From assembly GCA_943372425.1 (NCBI GenBank), contig CALRYR010000001.1, forward strand, positions 1-33,898: 33,898 bases of DNA. Direction: 5' to 3'. The number at the start of each line of letters is the position of its first letter. The stretch's first letter is position 1. Origin of the DNA: Variovorax sp. YR752. Its GTDB lineage: Bacteria > Pseudomonadota > Gammaproteobacteria > Burkholderiales > Burkholderiaceae_C. Below, in pieces: positions 20,438-29,861 of the stretch. The notes beneath the pieces are model-generated. The model had not been told where the DNA came from and ran no database searches. It saw nothing but the letters and a program-made list of their open reading frames with translations. The translations under genes and the position numbers were made by a program.

Positions 20438-21598
20438 ATGAACGACCGCGCTTCGGGGTCACCCCGCCCGATGGCCTTTGCCGGCGCCGCGCTGTTGTCG
20501 GCCTGCCTGCTGGCCGCGCCGCTCCCGTCGGGCGCGGCGTCGCCCAGCGTGCCCTACCGCATCGAGACCGTCGCCGAGGGGCTGGTGCATCCGTGGGCAC
20601 TGGCGAGCCTGCCGGACGGCCGCTTGCTGGTGACGGAGCGCCCGGGCCGGCTGCGCGTGCTGGCGCCGGCGGCCGGCGGCGGCCACGCGCTGCGTGCCGA
20701 GCCGGTCGCGGGCCTGCCGCCGATCTTCGTGAGCGGGCAATCGGGCCTGTTCGACGTGCTGGTCGACCCGGGCTTCGCCGACAACGGCTTCATCTACCTC
20801 TCGTTCGCGCACGGCACGCCCGCTGCCAACCACCTGCGCGTGGTGCGCGCGCGCTTCGACGGCCAGCGCCTGCACGACGTGAAGGACATCTTCACCTCGC
20901 GACCGGCCAAGACGCACAGCCAGCATTTCGGTGGCCGCATGGCGCTGCTGGGCGACGGCACGCTGGTGGTCGGCATGGGCGACGGCAACCTCGAGCGCAC
21001 CGACGCCCAGCGCCTGCACACGCACCTGGGCAAGATCCTGCGCATCGGCCGAGACGGCAGCGTGCCGCCCGACAACCCCTTCGTCGGACGCAGCGATGCG
21101 CTGCCCGAGATCTACAGCGTCGGCCACCGCAACCCGCAGGGCATGGTCAGCCTGCCCGGCGAGAAGGTGCTGTACGCGCACGAGCACGGCTCGAAGGGCG
21201 GCGACGAGCTCAACCGCATCGAACGCGGGGCCAACTATGGCTGGCCGATCACGACCGGCGGCGTCGACTACACGGGTGCGCGCATCACGCCCTACCGCAC
21301 CTACGCCGGCATCGCGCCGCCGCTGCTCGAATGGACGCCGTCGATCGCACCGGCCGGCATGGCGCACTACGACGGCACGCTGTTCCCGGCCTGGCGCGGC
21401 AGCCTCTTCGTGACGGCCCTGAAGGAGAAGAGCGTGCGCCGCGTGCAGATGCAGGACGGCCGGCCCGTCGGCACGCAGGAAACGCTGTTCACCGAGCTCG
21501 ACGAGCGCCTGCGCGACGTGCGCGCCGGCAGTGATGGCGCGCTGTACCTGCTGACCGACAACAAGGCCGGGCGGGTGTTGAAGGTGGTGCCGCGCTGA
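20438..21598 (+). CDS. PQQ-dependent sugar dehydrogenase (soluble GDH-B / YliI-Asd family), secreted
   Basis: GGAG at 20426 before ATG 20438 (alternative 20471). Signal peptide. GLVHPWAL..LPDG.LLVTERPGRL, HFGGRM, GHRNPQG, EHG..GGDELN, NYGWP, RLRDV. Confidence 0.92.
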   Translation: MNDRASGSPRPMAFAGAALLSACLLAAPLPSGAASPSVPYRIETVAEGLVHPWALASLPDGRLLVTERPGRLRVLAPAAGGGHALRAEPVAGLPPIFVSGQSGLFDVLVDPGFADNGFIYLSFAHGTPAANHLRVVRARFDGQRLHDVKDIFTSRPAKTHSQHFGGRMALLGDGTLVVGMGDGNLERTDAQRLHTHLGKILRIGRDGSVPPDNPFVGRSDALPEIYSVGHRNPQGMVSLPGEKVLYAHEHGSKGGDELNRIERGANYGWPITTGGVDYTGARITPYRTYAGIAPPLLEWTPSIAPAGMAHYDGTLFPAWRGSLFVTALKEKSVRRVQMQDGRPVGTQETLFTELDERLRDVRAGSDGALYLLTDNKAGRVLKVVPR

Positions 21599-21619
21599 GA
21601 TCGCGCGCGGTCCCTTCGC

Positions 21620-22969
21620 TCAGCGGTCGAGGTCGGCGCCGTCGGCGATCAACCGCTGCTGCAGCACCGGCACGTCGACATCCGCGAAGCAGCCGGCGCC
21701 CAGCGTCGCCGCCGCGGTGCCCGCCGCCTGCCCCATCACGAAGCAGCCGCCGCTCGCACGCGCGGCCGACTGGCCTTCGTGGGTCATGGCGGCGCAGCGG
21801 CCGGCCACCAGCAGGTTGTCGACCGCCTTCGGCACCAGCATGCGCCACGGCAGGTGGTTGTAGGTGTTGGCGTCGTCGCGCGGGAACGCCCACTGGATGC
21901 GGCCGTCGGCATGCATTTCCATCGGCCAGCCGTTGAGGCCGATCACGTCGTCGAATTGGGCGGACGACAAGATGTCTTCGCCGGTCAGCGCGTAGATGCC
22001 TTCGATGCGGCGCGTCTCGCGCAGACCCACCTGCGGCGCGATCTCGACGATGGCCGACTGCTCGAAGCCCGGCACCTCGGCGCGCAGGAAGCGGAAGTAC
22101 TCGGCGATCTGTCGGCGGCCTTCAAGTTCGCCGTCGCTCAGCTCGCGCGCGTCGACGCCGTTCATCGCCTTGCCGTCGGCATTGCGGATCTGCGTGACAT
22201 TGGCGCGCCATTCGCGCGGGTCGATGTTCGGTCGCAGGATGGCGCCGTCGCGCGGGAAGCGGTAGGCGTCGGGGCTGCGCTCGCGCACCGCGTTCATCAC
22301 GTCGTTGATGGCCTTGAACTCGCCCACGGCGGCCAGCGCCCGAGGCGCGTCGACTTGGCCGATGCGGAACATCGTGGTCGGGAACAGGCCGCTGCCGTGG
22401 CCGTCACCCACCTCGAAGGGCACGCCGGCAAAGGCGGCCACGTCGGCGTCGCCGCTGCCGTCGACGAAGGCATTGGCGCGGATCGCCTGGCGGCCGGACT
22501 TGGTCTCGACCACCAGCGCCGCGATGCGCGCGCCGTCCATCAGCACAGCGGCGGCGTAGGCATGGAACAGCAGGTCGACGCCCGCATCGAGCAGCAGCTG
22601 GTCGGCCGCGCACTTGTAGACCGAGGTGTCGTACGAGCGCACGCGGATGCGGCCCTGCATGCCGTCCTGCGGCGTGTTGAGGCCGCCCATGGCCTGCATG
22701 CGCGCGAGCAGGTCGTCGGCCACCCCGTGCACCACCTGCGTCATCTCGCCGCCGCGCTTGGCGTACAGGCCGGCGAAGTTGGTCACGCCGCCGGCCGTGC
22801 CCATGCCGCCGAGAAAGCCGTAGCGTTCGACCAGCAGCGTGCGCGCACCGTGGCGCGCCGCGCTCACCGACGCGGCCAGGCCCGCCGGCCCGCCGCCGAC
22901 CACCACGACGTCGTAGTCGCCGTACACCGGCAGTGCGCGTGCCGGCTCCTGCATCGACGCTGCCGTCAT
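21620..22969 (-). CDS. FAD-dependent oxidoreductase of unknown substrate (FAD_oxidored/PF12831-like)
   Basis: ATG at 22969 overlaps the Bug stop (ATGA). DVVVVGGGPAG, LVERYGFLGGMGTAGGV, DGSGDADVA, GLRETRRI, NLLVAGRC, MGQAAGTAAA. Confidence 0.88.
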   Translation of the reverse strand: MTAASMQEPARALPVYGDYDVVVVGGGPAGLAASVSAARHGARTLLVERYGFLGGMGTAGGVTNFAGLYAKRGGEMTQVVHGVADDLLARMQAMGGLNTPQDGMQGRIRVRSYDTSVYKCAADQLLLDAGVDLLFHAYAAAVLMDGARIAALVVETKSGRQAIRANAFVDGSGDADVAAFAGVPFEVGDGHGSGLFPTTMFRIGQVDAPRALAAVGEFKAINDVMNAVRERSPDAYRFPRDGAILRPNIDPREWRANVTQIRNADGKAMNGVDARELSDGELEGRRQIAEYFRFLRAEVPGFEQSAIVEIAPQVGLRETRRIEGIYALTGEDILSSAQFDDVIGLNGWPMEMHADGRIQWAFPRDDANTYNHLPWRMLVPKAVDNLLVAGRCAAMTHEGQSAARASGGCFVMGQAAGTAAATLGAGCFADVDVPVLQQRLIADGADLDR

Positions 22970-23931
22970 TGCAGCTTGATGCCCTGCGACTGGATGATGC
23001 GGCTCATGATGGCCGCCTCTTCCTTCACACGCACCTGCATGCCTTCGGGCGAGGTGCCGACGGCCTGCCAGCCCTGTTCGAAGAGCTTCCGTCGCACGTC
23101 CGGGTCTTTCATGATCACGGCCAGCTCCTTCGTGATGCGTGCCTGCGCAGGCTTCGACAGGCTCGCCGGGCCGAGCAGCGCGGTCCACACCTCGAGGCTG
23201 AAGTCCTTCACGCCGGCATCGGCCAGCGGCGGCACGTCGGGCGCCAACGGGCTGCGCCCGCTGGTCAGGCCGATGGCCTTGAGCTTGCCGGCGCGGATCT
23301 GCGGCAGCGCGACACCCGGCGGGATGAGCGCGAACTGGATCTGGTTTCCGATCAGGTCGGTCACGACCTGAGGGTTGCCCTGGTAGGGCACGTGCACGGC
23401 CGCCATGCCGGGCACCTTGCTCTTGAGCCATTCGGTGCCGAGGTGGCCCACCGAACCCACGCCGACCGAACCGTAGCTCCAGGTGTTGCCGCTGGCCTTG
23501 GCGGCATCGAAGAACGCGGTGCCGCTGGGCAGGCTGTTCTGTGCCACCAGCACCAGCGGCGCGGTGGCGATGAGCGACAGGTAGGTGAAGTCCTTGGCCG
23601 GGTCGTAGGGCAGCTTGGAGTAGAGCATCTTCGACGACGTAAGGTTGCCGTTGATGACGATGCCGAGGGTGTGGTCGTCGGCCGCCTTCGCCACGATGTC
23701 GGCGGCGATGTTGCCCGAGGCACCAGCGCGGTTGTCCACCACCACCGGTTGGCCGAGCGCACGCGACAGCGGCTCGGCGATGGCGCGCGCCGCGATGTCG
23801 GGCGTCGAGCCGCCGGGGAAGCCGACCAGCAGACGGATCGGCTTGGTCGGCCAGACGGCGCCTTGTGCCGATGCGGCCAAGGGCAGTACCGTGGCAGCAG
23901 CCAGGGCGAGAATGAGAAGGGAACGACGCAT
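22966..23931 (-). CDS. Bug/TctC family (tripartite tricarboxylate transporter) solute-binding protein
   Basis: Signal peptide, WPTKPIRLLVGFPGGSTPD, VDNRAGASG, YGSVGVGS, HVPYQG. Start at ATG 23931 or GTG 23946. Confidence 0.92.
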   Translation of the reverse strand: MRRSLLILALAAATVLPLAASAQGAVWPTKPIRLLVGFPGGSTPDIAARAIAEPLSRALGQPVVVDNRAGASGNIAADIVAKAADDHTLGIVINGNLTSSKMLYSKLPYDPAKDFTYLSLIATAPLVLVAQNSLPSGTAFFDAAKASGNTWSYGSVGVGSVGHLGTEWLKSKVPGMAAVHVPYQGNPQVVTDLIGNQIQFALIPPGVALPQIRAGKLKAIGLTSGRSPLAPDVPPLADAGVKDFSLEVWTALLGPASLSKPAQARITKELAVIMKDPDVRRKLFEQGWQAVGTSPEGMQVRVKEEAAIMSRIIQSQGIKLQ

Positions 23932-23958
23932 GGGTTTCGCTTTCACGGGTGGACGGGA

Positions 23959-24954
23959 CTATTCGAGGCTGATGTTGCCGATGCGCACCAGTTCGCCGTA
24001 GACCTTCGATTTCGCTTCGGCATTGCGTTCGATCTCCTCCGGCGACCAGGCCAGGGGCTCGAAGGCAAAGGTGTCGAAGCGCGCACGGATCTCCGGATCG
24101 GCGATGACCTTCGCGACATCGGCGTTGATTTTCGCCTTGATGGCGGCCGGCACGCCCTTCGGTGCCAGCAGCGAGACGAAGGAGTTCACCTCCAACGACG
24201 GTGGCCCGCCGGCCTCGGCCATCGTCGGCACGTCGGGCATCTGCGGGACGCGCTTGGCCGCGGCCACCGCGATGTAGCGCAGCTTGCCGGCCTTGTAGAT
24301 GCCCTGGCTCGACGGGATGCTCGCGAAGCTCCATGGCACCTCGCCCGTGCCCACGTTGGCGAAGAGCTGCGAGACCTCGCGGTAGGGCACGTGCTGCATG
24401 CGCGTGCCGGCCAGCGCATCGAGCTGCTGGCCGCCCAGGTGACCGGGGCTACCGACGCCCCAGGAGCCATAGCTGATCTGCCCCGGATGCGCCTTCGCAT
24501 CGGCGATCAGGTCGGTCATGGTCTTGTACTTGGAGTCGGCGCCCACCGCCACGAAGAAGGGCGTGCGGAACAGCGAAGCCACCGGGTCGAAGTGCTGCAG
24601 CGTCACGAAGTTGCGCGACTTGTAGAGGTGCGGCAGCGCGGCGATGTGTTCGCTGTCGAGCTGCAGCAGCGTGTAGCCATCGGGGGCCGCGCGGCGCGCC
24701 TGCTCGATGGCGATGAAGCCGCCGCCACCGGGCTTGTTGTCGATCAGCACGCGCTGGTTCCACAGGCGCGAGAGCTTGTCCGAGACGAGGCGAAGCACCG
24801 CGTCGGGGCCGCTGCCTGCGGCAAAGGGTGTGACCAGCGTCACCGGCTTGTTGGGGAAGTCGGCGGCAGCGGCGGTCTGCGCTTGGGCGTGTGCGCCCAG
24901 CATGAGGGCCGTGGCCGCACTCGCCGTCGCGAGCAGTCGTTGAATCGATCGCAT
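23959..24954 (-). CDS. Bug/TctC family solute-binding protein
   Basis: GGAG RBS and signal peptide. FPNKPVTLVTPFAAGSGPD, DNKPGGGG, PDGYTLL, YGSWGVGS, HVPY, PDVPT. Confidence 0.92.
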   Translation of the reverse strand: MRSIQRLLATASAATALMLGAHAQAQTAAAADFPNKPVTLVTPFAAGSGPDAVLRLVSDKLSRLWNQRVLIDNKPGGGGFIAIEQARRAAPDGYTLLQLDSEHIAALPHLYKSRNFVTLQHFDPVASLFRTPFFVAVGADSKYKTMTDLIADAKAHPGQISYGSWGVGSPGHLGGQQLDALAGTRMQHVPYREVSQLFANVGTGEVPWSFASIPSSQGIYKAGKLRYIAVAAAKRVPQMPDVPTMAEAGGPPSLEVNSFVSLLAPKGVPAAIKAKINADVAKVIADPEIRARFDTFAFEPLAWSPEEIERNAEAKSKVYGELVRIGNISLE

Positions 24955-24989
24955 GGGGGTTGTCTCCGGTGGGTTTTATTGAGCCAAGT

Positions 24990-26267
24990 TCAGGCAGAGG
25001 GGATGCATGCACCGATCATGCCGTGCCCGCGTGTCCGGGCGTCGGCATCGTCGAGGCAGTGTTCGGGTCGCCAGGCATAGAGCCACTCGACCGCATCGTA
25101 GAAGCGCTCCGGCGTGCGGCCCGCCCACAGGCTGTTGCGCACCAGTCGCTCGACGCCCTTCGCGTGATACAGCCGGCCCATCTCGCGCACCGACAGCACG
25201 ACGCGGGCGGTGCGTGCCACGCGGGCCGAGGCGTAGAGGCGGAAGGCGGCCGGCAGATCGAAGCGGCCATCGTCCGCGCGGCAGGCCTGCGCGGCGGCAC
25301 CGAGCGTGACGGCGTCTTCCAGCGCCATGCAGGCGCCCTGTGCCAGGTACTGCATCATCGGATGCGCGGCGTCGCCGAGCAGCGTGGCGTGCCCTTCGCT
25401 CCAGTTGGCGACCGGCTCGCGGTCGGCGGTGCTCCAGCGGCGCCACGAGGTCGGGCGGTCGAGCAGTTGGCGCGGGCGCGCATGCACGCCGTCGAAGTAC
25501 GACAGCACCTCGGCCTGGCTGCCATCGCTCACGCCCCACACTTCCTTGTCACGGCTGTGGAAGGTCACGACCAGGTTGTAGAGCTCGCCATGGCGCAGCG
25601 GGTAGTGCACCAGGTGGCAGTTCGGCCCGGCCCACACCACCGGCGCGTTCCAGCGCAGGTCGGCCGGCATGTCCTCGGCCGGCACCACCGCGCGGTACAC
25701 CACATGGCCCGACACGCGCGGCGCGTCGCCGATCAACTTGGCGCGCACGACCGATTTCACGCCGTCGCAGCCGACCACCGCGTCGCCGGTGAAGAGCCGC
25801 CCATCGCGCGTCGCGGCCCGCACCTGCGCGCCACCCAGCTCGAGCACGTCGACCTGCGCCCCGGTGTGCACGCGGATCAGCGGTTGCCGCTGCACCGCGT
25901 CGAACAGCGCGCCGTGCAGGTCGGCCCGGTGGCTCACCGCATACGGGTTGCGAAAGCGCGCGCGGAAGGCCTCGCCCACGGGGACCGAGGCGACCTCGCT
26001 GCAGTCGATGGCGTCCATCATCACCAGCCGGTCCGTGAAGACCGAGCCGCTGCGCACCGCGTCGCCCACGCCGAGCGCATCGAGCGCGGCGAAGGCGTTG
26101 GGGCCGAGCTGCAGGCCGGCGCCGATCTCGCCGATGGTCGCGCTCTGCTCCAGCAAGTCGACCGCGATGCCGAGCCGCGCCAGCGACAGCGCCGCAGCCA
26201 TGCCGCCGATGCCGCCGCCGATCAGCAGGACGCGGGGCGTGTCGTTCGTCGTGGGGGATACGTTCAT
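24990..26267 (-). CDS. 3-hydroxybenzoate 6-monooxygenase (group A flavoprotein hydroxylase)
   Basis: GGGIGG, GEIGAGLQLGPNAF, FRNPYAVSHRADLH, GCDG, LGDAAHPMMQYLAQGACMALED, MGRLYH. Located in a gentisate operon. Confidence 0.88.
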   Translation of the reverse strand: MNVSPTTNDTPRVLLIGGGIGGMAAALSLARLGIAVDLLEQSATIGEIGAGLQLGPNAFAALDALGVGDAVRSGSVFTDRLVMMDAIDCSEVASVPVGEAFRARFRNPYAVSHRADLHGALFDAVQRQPLIRVHTGAQVDVLELGGAQVRAATRDGRLFTGDAVVGCDGVKSVVRAKLIGDAPRVSGHVVYRAVVPAEDMPADLRWNAPVVWAGPNCHLVHYPLRHGELYNLVVTFHSRDKEVWGVSDGSQAEVLSYFDGVHARPRQLLDRPTSWRRWSTADREPVANWSEGHATLLGDAAHPMMQYLAQGACMALEDAVTLGAAAQACRADDGRFDLPAAFRLYASARVARTARVVLSVREMGRLYHAKGVERLVRNSLWAGRTPERFYDAVEWLYAWRPEHCLDDADARTRGHGMIGACIPSA

Positions 26268-26292
26268 CGCGGTGCTCCTGCGACGGTGCCGA

Positions 26293-26997
26293 TCATTCGA
26301 TGCGGACCGACAGCGACGGCAGCCCGTCGATGCGCACCACCATCGACTGCCCGCGCTGCACCGCGCCCACCCCTTCGGGCGTGCCGGTAAAGATCAGGTC
26401 ACCGGGCTGCAGCGTGAAGAGCGTCGAGAGGTTCGCGATGACCTCGTCGACCGACCAGATCAGGTGCGCGATGGTGGCCTGCTGGCGCACCGTGCCGTCA
26501 ACCTCGAGCACGATGCCGGCGCTGTCGACCCCGGGTGCATCGGCACGGCGCACGATCGGCGCGATGGGCGCGGAAAAGTCGAAGGCCTTGCCCACTTCCC
26601 ACGGCCGGCCCTGCTCGCGCGCGGCGATCTGCAGGTCGCGCCGCGTCATGTCGAGGCCCACCGCATAGCCGAAGACATGCGAGGCGGCATCGGCCTGCGC
26701 GATGTCGCGGCCGCCCTTGCCGATGGCGACGACCAACTCGGCCTCGTAGTGGTAGTTCTTCGTCAGCGGCGGGTACGGCAACGTGGCCGTCGCGCCCTCG
26801 ACCACCGGCACCACCGATGCATCGTCATTGGGCTTGCAGAAGAAGAAAGGCGGCTCGCGCACCGGGTCGAAGCCCATCTCGCGCGCATGCGCCGCGTAGT
26901 TGCGGCCGACGCAGTAGACGCGGCGCACGGGGAAGCGATCGTCGCTGCCGACGATGGGCAGGCCGACGGTCGGTGCGGGGGTGAAGACGAAGGGCAT
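26293..26997 (-). CDS. Fumarylacetoacetate hydrolase family protein (fumaryl-/maleylpyruvate hydrolase)
   Basis: CAGGAG RBS. FPVRRVYCVGRNYAAH, PPFFFCKP, HYEAEL, LDMTRRDLQ, PGDLIFTGTPEGVG. Confidence 0.92.
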   Translation of the reverse strand: MPFVFTPAPTVGLPIVGSDDRFPVRRVYCVGRNYAAHAREMGFDPVREPPFFFCKPNDDASVVPVVEGATATLPYPPLTKNYHYEAELVVAIGKGGRDIAQADAASHVFGYAVGLDMTRRDLQIAAREQGRPWEVGKAFDFSAPIAPIVRRADAPGVDSAGIVLEVDGTVRQQATIAHLIWSVDEVIANLSTLFTLQPGDLIFTGTPEGVGAVQRGQSMVVRIDGLPSLSVRIE

Positions 26998-27062
26998 GGC
27001 AACTCCTGCCGCTCGCGGCGGCGCTTGGTCGGAATGAAAGAACGGGGGCGAGCCGAGCGGGC

Positions 27063-28133
27063 TCAGTCTTCGAGGAAGGCTTCGCGCAGCACGCCCATGG
27101 CCTGCTGCACCGGGCGGTCGGAAAAGCTGAAGAGCACGACGTCGTCCGTGGCCGACAGCTTGAGCGGCGCCCACGAAGGCACGACGAAGGTGTCGCGCGG
27201 ACCGAAGTCGAAGCGCTGGCCACCGATGTCGGCATGGCCGCGGCCTTCGACCACGCTGTACACCGCGCCGTCGGTCATGCGGTGCGTCCTGCCGGCGAAG
27301 CCGCGCGGCAGCAACTGCAGGTTGGTCGCGATGGTCGGCATCGGCGAGCCGCCGGTCAGCGGGTTGATGTAGCGCAGCTTGTGGCCCAGCCACGCGTCGG
27401 GCGCCTCCTGCGTCTGCAACTGCGCCAGCGCCTCGCGGCTGCGGGCATAGGGGTAGTTGAAGATGGGCGAGGTGGCCGAGGTGTGGTCGTGCCGCACCGG
27501 CACCATGTTGTGGCCGAAGCGGGCCAGGCTGTGGCCTTCGGGCCGGGCCACGTGCTGCACCTTGGCGTCGGCGTTCTCGGCAAAACCGGCGTCGAAGAAA
27601 CGCACCATCGGGATGTCCAGGCCGTCGAGCCACACCACCGGTTCGCTCACGCCTTCGATGCCCTCGTTGCCATGGTCGTGCCAGGCCCACGAGGGCGTGA
27701 TGATGAAGTCGCCCGGGTGCATCGTGGTGCGCTCGCCACCGACCGTGGTGTACGCGCCCTTGCCATCGACGATGAAGCGCAGCGCCGACTGCACATGGCG
27801 ATGCGACGGCGCCACCTCACCCGGCATGATGAGTTGCAGGCCGGCATAGAGCGACTGCGTGATGGACGAGCGGCCAGGGATGGCCGGGTTCTCCAGCACC
27901 AGTACGCGTCGTACGGCTTCTTCGGCGGTGATGAGCTCGGCCGATTCCATCAGCAGCGGCCGGATGTCGTCGTAGCGCCAAATCGCCGGCACGCAGGGCG
28001 TCTGCGGCTCGCGCGGCACCAGCGCATGGAGAGACTCCCACAGGGGCGTGAGGTTCAGCGGCAGGATGCGCTCGTAGTAGGCGCGGCGGGCGTCGGCGGC
28101 GGGCGGCACGGCGCGCAGGGCGGCGGTGTTCAT
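27063..28133 (-). CDS. gtdA: Gentisate 1,2-dioxygenase
   Basis: CAGGAG RBS before the ATG at 28133. [46 protein letters not shown]. Confidence 0.95.
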   Translation of the reverse strand: MNTAALRAVPPAADARRAYYERILPLNLTPLWESLHALVPREPQTPCVPAIWRYDDIRPLLMESAELITAEEAVRRVLVLENPAIPGRSSITQSLYAGLQLIMPGEVAPSHRHVQSALRFIVDGKGAYTTVGGERTTMHPGDFIITPSWAWHDHGNEGIEGVSEPVVWLDGLDIPMVRFFDAGFAENADAKVQHVARPEGHSLARFGHNMVPVRHDHTSATSPIFNYPYARSREALAQLQTQEAPDAWLGHKLRYINPLTGGSPMPTIATNLQLLPRGFAGRTHRMTDGAVYSVVEGRGHADIGGQRFDFGPRDTFVVPSWAPLKLSATDDVVLFSFSDRPVQQAMGVLREAFLED

Positions 28134-28242
28134 GGGGTTTGTCTCCTGGGGAAGGATGGTCGTCACAGGCCATCTGTCGGGCCTCGGTGCGCCATTGTTC
28201 GCCGGCACCACTATGGAATCAAGCCCGCCCGCCAATACCCGA

Positions 28243-28259
28243 TATCGCGTTTTTTGATA
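28243..28259. promoter_or_regulatory. Putative LysR recognition box (T-N11-A)
   Basis: TATC-N9-GATA dyad containing T28245-N11-A28257, between the divergent gtdA and LysR genes. Confidence 0.6.
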
Positions 28260-28290
28260 ATGGCGTCTCTCGCCCTCCAGGAATTGCACC

Positions 28291-29187
28291 ATGGCCAAGC
28301 TCGATCTCGACTGGATCGCCGTGTTCGACGCGGTCTACCAGACCGGCAGCGTGTCGAAGGCGGCCGAACGGCTGGGGCTGGCACAGGCCGCAGCCAGCAC
28401 CATGCTCAACAAGCTGCGTGCGCACTTCGACGACCGGCTGTTCACACGCACCGCGCGCGGCATGCAGCCGACGCCGCATGCCGAACGCATCCGCCCCCAC
28501 CTGCGCGAGGCGCTGCAGCAACTGGAGGCCGCGCGTGGCAGCCGCGCGGCGTTCATGCCCGCGACGGCGCAGCGCAGCTTCCGTATCTGCATGACGGACA
28601 TCAGCGAGGTCGTGCTGCTGCCTGCTTTGCTCGACCACCTGCGCCGCGTTGCGCCTGGCGTGCAACTGGAGACGGAGATCGTCTCGACCGAGAGCGGCCG
28701 GCGGCTGGAGAACGGCGAGGTCGACCTGGCGGTGGGCTTCATGCCGCAGCTCGACGCGGGCTTCTACCAGCAAACCTTGTTCATGCAGAACTTCGTCTGC
28801 CTGGTCGCGCAAAGCCATCCGCGCATCGGCGCGCGGTTGACGAAGAAGCGCTTCGAGACCGAAGCGCATGCGGTGATCTCATCGTCGGGTACCGGCCATG
28901 CGATCGTCGACAAGACCCTGGCGCAGCTGGGCGTGCAGCGCCACGTGGTGGCACGGCTGTCGAGCTTCCTGAGCGTGGCGCGCATCGTGGCGCACACCGA
29001 GCTGATCGTCACCGTGCCGCGCGTGCTCGGCGAAGTCCTGGCCACGCAGGAGCCGGTGCGGCTGATGGAGTTGCCCTTCACCCTGCCGGCCTACGCCGTC
29101 AAGCAGCACTGGCACGAGCGCTTCCACGCCGAGCCGGGCAACGCCTGGCTGCGGCGCACGGTGGCGCAGCTGTTCGGGGGCGGGTGA
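28291..29187 (+). CDS. LysR family transcriptional regulator (NahR/NagR/DntR-like)
   Basis: N-terminal HTH ([23 protein letters not shown]), [18 protein letters not shown]. Divergent from gtdA. Confidence 0.94.
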   Translation: MAKLDLDWIAVFDAVYQTGSVSKAAERLGLAQAAASTMLNKLRAHFDDRLFTRTARGMQPTPHAERIRPHLREALQQLEAARGSRAAFMPATAQRSFRICMTDISEVVLLPALLDHLRRVAPGVQLETEIVSTESGRRLENGEVDLAVGFMPQLDAGFYQQTLFMQNFVCLVAQSHPRIGARLTKKRFETEAHAVISSSGTGHAIVDKTLAQLGVQRHVVARLSSFLSVARIVAHTELIVTVPRVLGEVLATQEPVRLMELPFTLPAYAVKQHWHERFHAEPGNAWLRRTVAQLFGGG

Positions 29188-29262
29188 GCCGCGCAACGGC
29201 GAGCGCGGGATGCTGCGCCCGCACATAATCCGCTTCCTCCGCCCCCCCACGAACAATCCGCC

Positions 29263-29736
29263 ATGTCTTCCATTACCCTGCGCTTCCTGGCCGAACCCAA
29301 CACCGTCAACTTCGGCGGCAAGGTCCATGGCGGCACCGTCATGAAGTGGATCGACGAGGCGGGCTACGCCTGCGCCACCAGCTGGTCGAAGCGCTACTGC
29401 GTGACGGTGTTCATCGGCAGCATCCGCTTCCACCGGCCGATCATGATCGGCGACCTGGTCGAAGTCGAAGCGCGCCTGGTCTACACCGGCCGCACCAGCA
29501 TGAACATCTCGGTGGAAGTGCGCAGCGGCGACATGAAGGGCGGCGGCATGCACAAGACGACCGAATGCCTGATCGTCTTCGTCTCGGTCGATTCGCACGG
29601 CCAGCCGCTGCCGGTCGACAGCTTCGTCCCGGCCACGCCGGGCGAGATGGCGCTGGCCGAGCGCGCGCGTGCGCACCTCGATGCGAGCCGCGCCGCGGGC
29701 GCTTCGGCCCCGGCGCCAGCGCCCACCGACAACTGA
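29263..29736 (+). CDS. Hotdog-fold acyl-CoA thioesterase (YciA-like)
   Basis: NFGGKVHGGTVMKWIDEAG, GDLVEVEARLVYTGRTSM, VFVSVD. Confidence 0.9.
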   Translation: MSSITLRFLAEPNTVNFGGKVHGGTVMKWIDEAGYACATSWSKRYCVTVFIGSIRFHRPIMIGDLVEVEARLVYTGRTSMNISVEVRSGDMKGGGMHKTTECLIVFVSVDSHGQPLPVDSFVPATPGEMALAERARAHLDASRAAGASAPAPAPTDN

Positions 29737-29801
29737 GGTTCAGGCGGGCAACACTGTCCCGCGCGCCTCGCCCAGCCTGATGCGAGCCGCGCCGCAGGCG
29801 C
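29680..29801 (+). repeat. 23-bp direct repeat (22/23 identical)
   Basis: GATGCGAGCCGCGCCGCGGGCGC at 29680-29702 and GATGCGAGCCGCGCCGCAGGCGC at 29779-29801. Confidence 0.85.
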
Positions 29802-29861
29802 CGACCGGTTGGCAAGCGCAGCCCCAGTCGGGTTTCCCTCCGAAGCCTGATCCACAGCGGC

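Noticed and set aside
21593-21625. Inverted repeat CGCTGAG...CTCAGCG between convergent genes
   Set aside because: It arises because both genes end in CGC TGA. The loop is 19 nt and there is no U-tract.
24990-25060. Odd C-terminal tail on the 3-hydroxybenzoate hydroxylase (ADARTRGHGMIGACIPSA)
   Set aside because: It is short and plausibly stop-codon drift. The catalytic motifs are intact and nothing supports a function or pseudogene status.
27009-27060. 7-bp inverted repeat CCGCTCG...CGAGCGG between gtdA and the hydrolase
   Set aside because: Short GC-rich arms with a 38-nt loop are likely by chance at this base composition.
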